DNA of 63,337 nt, counting the filler, from Chiloscyllium plagiosum (taxonomy: Eukaryota), in NCBI RefSeq assembly GCF_004010195.1. It is 3 parts of one record of this genome, joined end to end, with 100 filler letters (N's around TTAATTAATTAA, not from the genome) between each part and the next. Parts side by side here need not be neighbours in the genome. Positions count along the whole stretch, not along the records: positions 1 to 31,848 come from NC_057717.1; positions 31,949 to 56,223 come from NC_057717.1; 1 more part is not named here. One strand, given 5' to 3'. Below are positions 27,129 through 38,749 of this stretch, one piece after another. The stretch's first letter is position 1. The number at the start of each line of letters is the position of its first letter. The position numbers were made by a program, and so were the translations under genes. The notes beneath the pieces were generated by a model. That model was not told the origin of the DNA. It saw nothing but the letters and a program-made list of their open reading frames with translations, and did not search any database.

Positions 27129-28350
27129 TAGAATATAGAATATAGAATACAGAATAATACAGCACAGAACAGGCCCTTCGGCCGACGATGTTGTGCCGAA
27201 CATTTGTCCTTGCTTAAGCATCTATCCATGTACCTATCCAATTGCCGCTTAAAGGTCAGCAATGATTCTGACACTGCCACTCTCACAGGCAGCGCATTCC
27301 ATGCCCCCACCACTCTCTGGGTAAAGGATCTAGCCCAGACATCCCCCTATACCTTCCACCTTAAATTTATGTCCCCTTGTAACACTCTGTTGTACCCGGG
27401 GAAAAAGTCTCTGACTGTCTACTCTATCTATTCCCCTGATCATCTTATAAACCTCTATCAAGTCACCCCTCATCCTTCGCCGTTCCAATGAGAATAGGCC
27501 TAGCACTCTCAATTTATCCTCGTACGACCTATTCTCCATTCCAGGCAACATCCTGGTAAATCTCCTCTGCACCCTCTCCAAAGTTTCCACATCTTTCCTA
27601 AAGTGAGGCGACCAGAACTGCACTCAGTACTCCAAATGTGGCCTTACCAAGGTTCTGTAAAGCTGCAACATTACCTCACGACTCTTGAATTCAATCTCTC
27701 TGCTAATGAACGCTAATACACCATAGGCCTTCTGACAAGCTCTATCCACCTGAGTGGCAACTTTCAAAGGGCTATGAAAATAGACCACAAGATCCCTCTG
27801 CTCCTCCAACTTACTAAGAACCCTACCGTTAACCCTTTATTCCACATTCTTATTTATCCTTCCAAAATGGACAAACTCACACTTGACAGGGCTGAACTCC
27901 ATCTGCCACTCCTCAGCCCAGATCTGCCTCATATTTAAGTCCCATTGCAGCCAACAACAGCCCTCCTCGCTATCCACAACTCCACCAATCATCGTATCCT
28001 CCGCAAATTTACTGACCCATCCTTCGACTCCCTCTTCCAAGTCATTAATAAAAATTACAAACAGCAGCGGACCCAGACCTGATCCCTGCGGAACTCCACT
28101 TGTAACTGGGCATAAGGCTGAATATTTACCATATACCACCACTCTCTGACTTCGACCAGTTAGCCAGATCTCTATCCAACTGGCCAGATTTCCCACTATC
28201 CCATGCCTCCTGACTTTCCGCATCAGCCTACCATGGAGAACCTTATGAAATTCCTTACTAAAATCCATGTACACTACATCCACTGCTCTACGTTCATCCA
28301 CATGCTTGGTCACCTCCTCAAAGAATTCAATAAGACCTGTAAGGCAAGAC
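27129..28350 (-). mobile_element. Young 5'-truncated CR1/HER1 LINE (RT to 3' tail)
   Basis: ORFs 27837..28313, 27624..27809, 27330..27623 and 27119..27313 form a frameshifted RT/C-terminus. The tail is (TTCTATA)n. Confidence 0.95.
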
Positions 28351-29169
28351 CTACTCCAGCTTACCAGTCCGTTTCATACTCTCCTCTTCAACAATACGGT
28401 CCCTCTCATTTGTAAATACTGAAGAAAACTACTCATTCAAGACCTCTCCTATCTCTTCCGAATCAATACACATTCTCCCACTATTGTCCCTGATCGGACC
28501 TCCCCTCGTTCTCGTCATTCTTATGTTTCTCAGATGGAGATTAGGCCCGCTGCCTGTAGGAAAATGGGCCCGGCACTTTCTGCAAACATGGCCCCATGCG
28601 TTCCGGAGACTAGGCCAGTTGCAGTCTGCTCAGTCGTGATCTTAGTTAATGGCAAGATATGGATAATGGGTCGAATGTCTGCATTTACCTGTTTGTTCAT
28701 GGTTATGTGTTGGTGTGCATTTGTTTTTGTCTTTGCATGCCTTCTTTAGTGGATTAATGTCTATATCTCTGCATCTGCATCCCTGAGCCTTTGGGATTCT
28801 GTTACTTTGGGAGTGAATCCATTGAAATGGGAATCAAAACATTCCTCCTCACTGTCGCAATCTCTCTCCGTCTATCTCTACTTCTGGTGTTCAAAGTGAT
28901 GTCAGACCACGCTCTGCGAGCACCTTGCACCTCTGCACAAGCAGCAGCTTTGTTTCTCACATTGGAATTGAATTGTCTTCATTGTCAGGTGCACACCAAT
29001 GAATGAAGTGCATCGTTTGCAGTGACTTCGCTTATGACGCCATTTTAGATACAAGATACTTCGGACCAGTATCTTAGGTATTTGGTCCAAAATGAAAAGA
29101 ATAATAAATCAAAGTCCAGCGGAAGAGTAAAAACTAAAATAAAACAAACTCGACCTAATGACCCTTCAA

Positions 29170-29590
29170 GACAGTCTGCCTTAGTACCGAGTCTCCAAAC
29201 CACATTGGGCCCAGTCACCGGACTGCACCAAGACCAGTATGCAGACCGCACCAAGCCCAGTATGCAGACTGCACCATACCTAGCATCCAGATCGCACTTG
29301 ATCAAGTCTTTGGACCGCATGGGGTCAAGTCTCCACACTGCACCAGACCCAATGTCCAGACTGCGCCAGGCCCAGTCTCCAAACTCCATAGTGCTGAGTC
29401 TTCAGACTGCAACTGGCCTCGTCTCCGGACCGCATGGGGCCATGTTGGCAGAAAGTGCCGGGCCCATTTTCCTACTTGCAGCGGGCCCAATCTCCAGACC
29501 GCACCAGGCCCTGTCTCCAGACTGCACCAGACCGAGTCCAGACCGCACTGGGTTCAGTCTCCAGATTGCACCTGGTCCAATCTCCTGGTG
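29170..29590. repeat. Degenerate GC-rich minisatellite (~23-25 bp, ccagac(c/t)gcaccaggcccagtct-like)
   Basis: Repeated cagactgcacca / cagaccgcacca motifs. Confidence 0.75.
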
Positions 29591-30607
29591 CTGAATAGAA
29601 ATCCATTTCAACTTTATGGATCAAGTCACTGCTGTGGTTTGGAGAAATTTCCACTCTCGGCAGATTGCTAGGTTGCACCATGCATGGCTTTATCTACACA
29701 GTGCTCTGCACTGAACAGGTATCTCCTCTTGTTTTATGGTGTCTGAGCTGGTTTTGTGAGGTGAAATGAGAATATTGTATAACTAACCATTTCAGCTGAT
29801 CTGAAAATGCTTTTAGTTCTTATTCCTGGAATTGGACCCTCCACAACTCACTCCATTCATGTTGCATTATGTCGATGCACAATACATCATGTTTGTGAAT
29901 ACCAATTATCCTGGCAGCAGCCAGAATCTCTTCATTCAAAAGCAGTCAGCCATTTACATCGTCTTCGGCTCTCCACATAGAATGAAATGTTGTCCCATTG
30001 GAACATGGCTCAAAACACCCTCCCTCGAGCACTCCCTACTGCCAAATCAAAATATGCTGTTTTTTTGCCGAGAGCAATTAGGGAAACTGGGAACATCCAG
30101 CCGTAGACAATCATTGAGATGGAGCAATAATTGTTCAGTTCCCAGCTCCTCACCACCACCACCACCCCGACCCCCGTTATCCTGGGCAGCAACTTCGAAA
30201 GTCTGAAAATCCCCTCCAATCTCCTATGTAACAGGCTTGAGAGATAGAAAACTCGACTCCAATTGCTGAATAACAGCCTCAAATAACTGAATGACATCAT
30301 TCTGTTCCTGTTTACAACTCATGATGGGCTGAATATCTGCTTCATGTTAGGTCTAGTTGTGCATAATGGTGAAAGTATTGGAACCATCAGTAAACAGGCC
30401 ACTTCTGATTTATGATGCGGGCAAGGCCATTGATGCTGCAGCTGCTGATGGCCCTCAGTGCATCATGGATGCCCAGTTTTCATGTGTTCGGTACTTTAGA
30501 ATTACGTCCAACTTCGCAGGAGGTAGTAGAACATAACATAGTTGCCGTATCTTCAATATGAAACTGAGGTATTCCCTCTGCAATGTGTCAGTTCTGGGTG
30601 CTCCTCG

Positions 30608-30737
30608 GCGGAAATGTGTACGGCAGATGCTGGAGAAAAGAGACAAGATTAGAGTGGTGTTGTAAAAGGACAGCAGGTCAGGCAGCAACCGAGTAGCTGG
30701 AAAAATGACGTTTCGGGAAAAGCCCTTCATCAGGAAT
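30608..30737 (-). mobile_element. Penelope terminal-repeat fragment with hammerhead core
   Basis: The reverse complement of 30705-30735 reads CTGATGA-A-GGGCTTTTCCC-GAAACGTC. Confidence 0.75.
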
Positions 30738-31689
30738 TAGGAATTCTGGCTGCTCCTTCAGACACTGTTAGGGGCAGACCCAATTGTGACAAGTAGTTTG
30801 GTGAGAATATGCTCCTCTTGTTGGTTCACCCATCACTTCCCACAGTCTGCCTGCGGCATATTTGAGGACTCAATCTGTTCAGTTATTGGTCAGCCTGTGG
30901 AGACACTCACAGTGCTGCCTCCGATGTGTTTTCAAAATCGAGGGAAATGCTTTATCACCGAGGGGTGGTGTGGAGGGCAAAACTATCGAACATCAGGCGA
31001 TTTCCTTGACAATCTCAGAGGTGTTACCATGACATTCGCTTGGTTCTGTAATCAATGTGGAGCAATTCCAGGGTCACTTCTTTCCTGATTGCAACCCATG
31101 GTGCTCCTCGCATTGATTGTTCTGTCCAGCCGGTGAGCTAGGATATACCCAAGGATAGTGATCGTGCTTCATAAAACAGTAGCCATCAGGACGGATACAG
31201 TGAGTATGACGATATCAGACAGTTTCCTGACCGGGAAAATATGATGAATTAAAGACACAATGGAGCAGGAAAGAAATGGGGTATAAAGGTGAAGGAGAGG
31301 CACTCTATCTGATTGTGTTTTGTATTCCCAAACAGACTCAGGACTTCACTGCATACATTAAGGAAAATGCATTTGATTCAATGGTATTAGACAGACATAG
31401 CGATAGAATGACCGATACTGGGAACTGAATATCCAGAGCAGTTTAGATTTGGGAATGTTATACACAAACAAGAAGCAAGTGGAGGAGATCACGAAATAAG
31501 GGATGACATTTTTTGTGATCATACGAGTGGATGTCAAATCACATTTTTGAGTTATTATCTGAATCCTATTCATTTTATGTCCAAATTACCAGTTATTTTG
31601 AGTTTGGGGACAGATTCCCACCGTGAGCCTGAGTGAGTCTCGCCAAACACAATGGGTAGAAGAGCCATTGTCACGTGAGTATTTATGAT

Positions 31690-31848
31690 TCTGTCACATT
31701 CCATACCCGACATTCCCGGAAGCATTCCGCACTGACATTCCCCGCAATTTTCTATAACTGACATTCTCCGGTTAGCTCTTTGCCCAACATTCCATAGCTG
31801 ACTTTTCCAGACCATTCTATACCAAACATTCATCAGACCATTCCGTAA
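31690..31848. repeat. Degenerate short tandem repeat (cattcc-rich) running into a contig end
   Basis: Recurring gacattcc / ccattc units at about 12-15 bp spacing. Confidence 0.6.
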
Positions 31849-31948
31849 NNNNNNNNNNNNNNNNNNNNNNNNNNNNNNNNNNNNNNNNNNNNTTAATTAA
31901 TTAANNNNNNNNNNNNNNNNNNNNNNNNNNNNNNNNNNNNNNNNNNNN
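31849..31948. other. Assembly linker N44-TTAATTAATTAA-N44
   Basis: Exactly 100 bp. The central 12-mer has stops in all six frames, and an identical linker sits at 56224-56323. Confidence 0.95.
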
Positions 31949-32153
31949 GAGAAAAGGCCTAGCATTCTCAACCTATCCTCGTACGACCTATTCTCCATTC
32001 CAGGCAACATCCTGGTAAATCTCCTCTGCACCCTCTCCAAAGCTTCCACATCTTTCCTAAAGTGAGGTGACCAGAACTGCACACAGTACTCCAAATGTGG
32101 CCTTACCATGGTCCTGTACAGCTGCAACATGACCTCACGACTCTTGAATTCCA
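31949..32153 (-). mobile_element. CR1/HER1 LINE fragment
   Basis: EFKSREVMLQLYRTMVRPHLEYCVQFWSPHFRKDVEALERVQRRFTRMLPG, nearly identical to the copy at 27490-27690. Confidence 0.93.
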
Positions 32154-35100
32154 ACGAAACTTTATGTCCTTCTTTAGAAAATCAGTCAACGGTGCCACGA
32201 CGCTGCAGAAGTTTGGAATAAACTTCCAATAGAATTCGCTGATTCCTTGCAATCGAAGCACCTCTTACTTTAAGGTTGGTCGAGGAATTTCCACAATGGT
32301 CTTCGTCTTTGCATTCCGTGGGTTCGAATCTCCCTGACCGATATTATGTCCCAAGGACGTCACCTCTGCTTTTAGGCATTCAAATTTTTAATGTTTATCA
32401 CCAGTCAAACTTCTCGTAGTCGTTCCAAGAGCTCTGCCAACTGTATCATGTGAACCTTCCAGGAATTACTAAAGATCATTATATTGTCCAAATGGACTGC
32501 ACAGTTTGTTAACCCAGTCGTAAATCTGTTCATGATTCTTTGGAATGTTGCGAGCTTGTTCTTCATTCCAAAGGGCATCACTTTCATTTGATATAACCCA
32601 TTGGTATGAGAAATGCAGAAATTTGTTTCACCTTCTCTGATAAAGGTATATGCCAGTAACCACGAAATTAGACCTACTTGCTGATCGAACTGACTTGTTT
32701 GACTTTTTCGATACTATCCTCCAATCTGGAAATTGGATATGAGTCGAATTTTGTAACCACGTTGACATTCCACTAATCCATCGGTCCTGTCCGGTTTGAG
32801 TAAGATGATCGGCGAACTGCACTCGCCCTGTCTTGGTCCGATGATGTCTTCATCGAGTATGACCCCCACATGCATCTGGAACTGTCTGGTTTTGAAATTA
32901 TTAAACTAATAGGGGTGTTGTTTTATCACAGAAGTATTCCTTACCTCTACTTCATGTACAATAGCATTAGTCTTCCTCATCAGATTCTTACATACGTCCT
33001 TATGTTGCAGTAACTAACCTTTCAACTGTGTTTTATACTCCTGAGACACATAGTTTACTACCCTATCCCAACCCTCAAGGACGTTTTCATTTTTAATCTT
33101 TTTTGGGGCACATCAAAATCTATACCATCTGCATTTAATCCTGCACTCTGCAGTACAGTAATGAACATCTCTTTCTCCAGTGCTTTCTCTCTAGTATAAT
33201 ACAGTATCAACATGTTCACATGACATACAGAATACTTTCTTTTCAATCTGGCATCATTACGAGATGGTTCATCTGACTAAAATTTTTCTGAATTTGATAG
33301 GGAGCACAAATCTGTCTTTAACATGATCTCCTATCAGTGGTGCAGTACTTACACATTAACCTCTCGAGAAAACGTCCACGTCTCCGAGCTTTTATCTGCC
33401 ACATGTTTCATTCTATATTGTGCCCTCTTTAGGTGCTGATTAGCTAACTCACCTACTCGATTTAGTCTCGCCCTCACCGCCACTACATAATCTATTTGCA
33501 AGATAATCGAATTCAGTCCTATCAATTTATCTTTAATGGATTTGAAAGGGCTTCTCTCTTCATTCCTGAATATTAACTCGAAGGGAGTGAACAGAGTAGA
33601 TTTGTTTTGGGCATCTCTAATGGCAAAAAATACGAATGGGATGCCTTTATCCCAATCATTCGGTAATCCTGACAGTATGCTCTCGACATGGTCTTCAAGG
33701 TTTAATGCCGCGTTTCTAAAGCTCCCTGGGACTCAGGATGATACGCACTGGATTTAACTTGCTGTAAACCGATCTATCCATAACCTCTTTAAAGAGCCAA
33801 GCAGAAAAATTTGGCTCTTGGTGCAACTGAATCTCTCTGGGTAGCCCGTACCTTGTGAAGAAAGAGACTAACTCCTCTACCACCCTATTTGCCTTGATAC
33901 TCCGCAATAGACTTGCCTTCAAAAATCTGGTAGAACATGCATTGTGATTGATAGGCACTGCTTCTCACTTTTAGTTGTCAGGAGGAGACATACACAATCG
34001 ATTATCACCCACATGAAAGATTTTTCAATTGTAGGAATTGGCAACAGAGATTCTGGTTTTATTACTGACTGCGACTTACTTACCACTTGGCATTTATTAC
34101 ACGTACAGCAAAGGTTAACCACATCCTTGTGCATAACAGGACAATAAAAATGTTTTTTACAACTTAGCCTGAGTTATTCCTTCACCTAGGTGACATCCTA
34201 GAGGTAGTTCATGCGACACACGTAACTCACGCTGTCTGTATGCTACCAGTAACATAATCTGGTACACCTCGGCCCACTTCTCTGCAGCAACTTGCCGTGC
34301 TCTCCATTTTCATTTTAGGATTTTATCTATCAAATATCAACACGCTGGAGTATTCTATGCCTTTGTTTCGGAGTACACATCCACATATATAGCTTTCATC
34401 CTCTCGTCTTTCTGTTACACGTCCCTTAACCTTTCAGGAATAAACACTTCTATCTGACTCACTGCTTGTTCAGGTCTTTGTTGCTGTACCATTGTTTCTA
34501 GCAGGGTGTATGCTAACTGAACCTCAATTCCTTCAACTTTCCCTTTAGTTTTTGCTTCTTGCTGTGAGTTATAATGGCGAGATGTTGGACATCGTCTCGG
34601 AAAATGCCGAATAGTTCTGTTTTTACTCTCCAGTTTCGAGGTTTTCCTTGGCCTTCTCCACAACAGGAAGTGTCGCTCTCACTTTGGACCCTGTTAAATC
34701 ATTCTCAAGAACAAACTGGATTCCTGGAACTGACACCCTGTCGATCACACCAATTGTTAATTCCTTAGTCTTGAATTGGCACTCCAACCTGATCTTAGAC
34801 AGGGGAACGCTATCTTTTTAAGATTCCCTACAGTGTGGAAACAGGCTCTTCGGCCCAACAAGTCAACACCGACCTCTGAAAAGTAAGCTACACAGATCCA
34901 TTTCCCTCTGACTAACGCATCTAACGCTATGGTGAATTGAGCATGGCTAATTCACCTGACCTATACATCTTTGGACTGTAGGAGGAAACCGGAGCACCTA
35001 GAGAAAACCCACGCACACATGGAGAGAATGTGCATTGCCCACACAGACCGTCCCCCAGCTGTAAACAAAGCCGGGTCACTGGTGCTGCGAGACAGCAGTG

Positions 35101-36886
35101 TTAACAGCTAAACCAGACCCCACCCTACGGTGAAATTTCAGTTCATCTATCCCACAAATTGCCACTCTGTTGGATAGCAGATCAGAAAGAGTGCAAATTT
35201 GCTCATCTCTTTACGTTTAAGACTGGTTAGATCCTGCATCTCTCAAAGTTATAACTTTTTGCCCATCATCCCTTGTTCTTTCTGAGTAAACTTTCCCCAC
35301 ATAGGCGAATTATTTATAGAAATCAGGTACTAACTCGATACCCAGCCCCTGCCGAGGCTGTGCACTCTCCTGCAGGTCCTCGGCTCTTCACTGGGTTTCC
35401 TTTACTACTTTCACCAATGCAACTGGCTTGTTTTTCTTTCCACATCTTATCCCACAGTACCTTTCATTAACAACCAGCAATGTGACTTTACGTGTCCCGC
35501 TTTATCACAATGGAAAAACACGAGGCTTTTCAGCTTCTTTCCACCCTCTTGGGCTTTTTTTTAACCTGTGGTAATCACTTACCAGTGTTCTCTACTCTTT
35601 GGCTCTCTTAGAATCTGCCATTGTCCCAAATTCTGTCCCTCACGGGATAAAACTCTGGCTGGAAGCTTGTCTTACACACAAACATGCATTATTCTTCTAA
35701 CTGCTGTTGTTCTCACCTTCTGAAATGTCTGTTCCTCTACGTGAATTGGTATCATCTCTGGAAGAGAGAATTTAAACTCCTCGAGCAGAATAATCTCTCT
35801 TTGAGTCTCGTGGGTCTTGTCGACTTTTAAGGCCCACACCCAGCTATCAAAATGTCTACCTTTAATTCTTTTGAACTCAACGTAAGTCTGACCTGGTTCC
35901 TTCTTTATGTTTCTGAACCGCTGTATATATGCTGCTGGAACCAATTCATAAGCACTTAAAGAAGCCTGTTTGACCTTTTCATATTCTGTTCACTCCTCAT
36001 CTAACAGCGCGGAAAATATCTTAATAGCTCTGCCTACCAGTTTAATCTGAACTAACATGACCCATAAATCATTGGACCACACATCTGCCGAGCCAAATTT
36101 TCAAATGAACTAAAGAAGGCTTCGTCATCTTTCTCATCAAAATGAGGCAGTTTTGACATATTTGTGTATATCACTTTTAATCTCCATCCTGTTAACTTCA
36201 CTTTGCTAACTAAGTCGCAACTGCTCAATTTCAAATTATCTCTCTTTTTGCTCAGCTAAGAACCTTTTCTTTCTTTCTCTCTCCCTTTCTTCCCTCTCTC
36301 TTCATTTCTTCTCTCTCTTTGCTCAGGTAAGAACCTTTCTCTCTGTTTTTCCTTTCTCTGTCTTTTTTTTCTCTCTCTCTCCCTTTGATTATCATCTAAT
36401 TCGATTTTCCTTAGTTGTAATTTAAGTTTATTTTCTAACTCTACTACACTTGTCTGTTTGTCCTACACACCTAAGTCTTTGAGAAAATCAGTTACAATTT
36501 TAGCATTACTTTTGTCCTTGGTTAAACCCAAATCTAACTTCTTTGGTAATGCTGAAAGTATGGCCTTTTTGCTTTTCTTCCGACATTCTTCATAAATTTG
36601 AGAATCATCTTCTATCTCCGGAACCTGTTTAACAATTTTAGGAGGCACTTACATCACTTTTAATTGAAGCAACCACAAATCACCGAAATCAAAAACATTG
36701 TCTCACCTACGTTTTATTTAACGATTTCGGACACATTCCAGCAAGTGTTTAAATCTATTGTTCTTTTTTTTTTGCATCCCACGTTAATTCAAATCTGTCC
36801 AAATCTCAGACAGGATCTGTCGAAACCTGTTAAAGCCACGAATCTACGATCCCAGTTCTTCAGATCCTGACGACCAGTCCCTAAAT
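32154..36886 (-). mobile_element. Decayed Gmr1-like Gypsy LTR retrotransposon, internal region (gag-PR-IN-RT)
   Basis: Gag VPAAYIQRFRN...ILLEEFK; CCHC knuckle FHCDKAGHVKSHC (~35475-35520); protease LRDAGSNQS (~35221-35250); integrase HKDVVNLCCTCNKCQ / IDCV / RYGLPREIQ (33500-34220); RT VMPFGMKN...FQRIMN...VHLDNIMIFS (32405-32587). Confidence 0.93.
34819..35125 (-). mobile_element. HE1 SINE (older copy) inserted in the Gypsy pol region
   Basis: Reverse-complement match to the other HE1 copies. Confidence 0.88.
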
Positions 36887-37919
36887 TGTTACAACACGGC
36901 GTAAACCCCTGTGCTAATTTAAACCAGCCACAGTGAAACAGCTCACCGCACGTCATAATCCATTAAATTTTAAGTGTCAAAGAACTATCCTGGAATTCAC
37001 TTCTTGAGTAAAAACTTTAACAATTTTGTTCTTTAAATGCAGAAGAGAAAATTAAACAGCAACTATTTGTAACTCCTTTCTCCTAATCTTATTTCTACTT
37101 CCCAATACACAAGGCTTGTCCGATCAATCCTTTCTTAAATTTAGATTAGATTCCATACAACGTGGAAACAGGCCCTTCGGCCCAACAAAGCCACACTGAC
37201 CCTCCGTACAGCAACCCATCCAGAACCATTACCCCATGACTAATGCACCTAACACTACGAGCAATTTAGCATTGCCAATTCAACTAACCTGCACAACTTT
37301 GGACTGTGGGAGGAAACCGGAGCAGCCGAAGGAAACCCACGCAGACACGGCGAGTACGTGCAAACTCCACACAGACAGTTGCCCAAGGCGAAAATTGAAC
37401 CCGGGTCCCTGGCGCTGTGAGGCAGCAGTGCTAACCAATGAGCCACCGTGCCGCCCATTTATGGCATCCAATTTCCAAACCCATTGTCGTCTTTGGATGT
37501 CGAACTTTGTTTGTGGATTTCTCTCGGTTGTCTTCTCTTCAGTATTCTGCTTCACAGGTCTTCATAAGAACAACGACCTGACAGAGAGCGACTCAGCAGG
37601 CCACCTGTGTTTTATGGCGCTCTTTGCTGTTCTCTCTCTCTGACTGTTCAAAATGCACGATATTATACCCAAAACGTCGGATCATTTAATTGCTTCGATG
37701 CTGTTGAAATACTAAATTGACATTTGGTTGCATTCTTGGTATATGGGGCATAATTTAAAATGATGGGCGGAATTTGGATTTGTTTATTTGTCATGGCTAC
37801 ACAGCTCCAGGTATTTGTCTCAACACACTGATACATTTTAAAATCTTTCAGCATACTCTGTGTCATCCAGTTATATTAGCTCTGACAACGTAACTGTACA
37901 CGTCCACAATTTCATAGCA
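36887..37919 (-). mobile_element. 5' LTR of the Gmr1-like element (contains an HE1 insertion)
   Basis: The minus strand ends ...GTGTTGTAACA at 36887, followed by a degenerate tRNA-Pro-type PBS (TTAGGGACTGGTCGTCAGGAT versus TGGGGGCTCGTCCGGGAT). The distal end is approximate. Confidence 0.65.
37142..37456 (-). mobile_element. HE1 SINE
   Basis: Full-length reverse-complement copy, from the GGGCGGCACGG head to the (taatc)n tail. Confidence 0.95.
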
Positions 37920-38749
37920 ATGGGAACAGGCTGATAATGCCGACTCTGGATCAGTGGTGCTGGAAGAGCACAGCAATTCAGGCAGCATCCGAGGACAGGC
38001 AAAATCGACGTTTCGGGCAAAAGCCCTTAGGTAATGCCGACTGCAGACACATTCATGTCTCCTGGATCCAGCTTTCCCCTTCAACCGGGGCAGTCTAACT
38101 TCAAGTCTTTCAGTGTCTTTTCTGTTCCCAATCATCCTGGTGTCCAGAAGTCGAGACAAGTTTAGAATTCCCGACATGCAGGAAACAGAATGTTTTATTT
38201 CAAATGCACATTTTAATCAATGTGACTGAGAATATCAGACACAATATTCCAGCATATTGAAGAAATTGAAAGGTCATTTTAATGTTTGTGGTCAATGGCC
38301 AATTTTCTTCTTATTCCGTTTTCCACCGAGTTTAGAAAGATTCAGAAATCTAGAGATTGGTTTTCTGTTTTCTTCCGTCCAATTTCCCAACATACAACTG
38401 ACAATATTTTTTAAAACTCCATCGTACTTCTCTGATGAGGATTTCTAGAAAGATTTCTGGGATTGGACCTCTTCATTTTAGATCGAATAAAAGTTGAAAC
38501 CGAGACTTTGTGGAATTGGTGATAATCATTGAGTGAATGTGTTGGGGATATGGTTGGCAGAGACGCAGGGGATATGATGATGGTGGAGGAGCTGTGTGGC
38601 TTGTTTGATAGAGCAGACATGGAAAAAACGGCTTCCAGGACGATGATCAGAAATCCGAAAACTGGGATTAACAATAATTTAAGGAAAGATAGTCTGTTAT
38701 TTCTAGCTTTCCTTGTTCATTTTATGCCCATGACACGGCACTGAGAAAA

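Noticed and set aside
29170..29590. Repeat-spacer-like pattern suggesting CRISPR
   Set aside because: The units are degenerate and contiguous with no unique spacers, there are no cas genes, and the context is eukaryotic.
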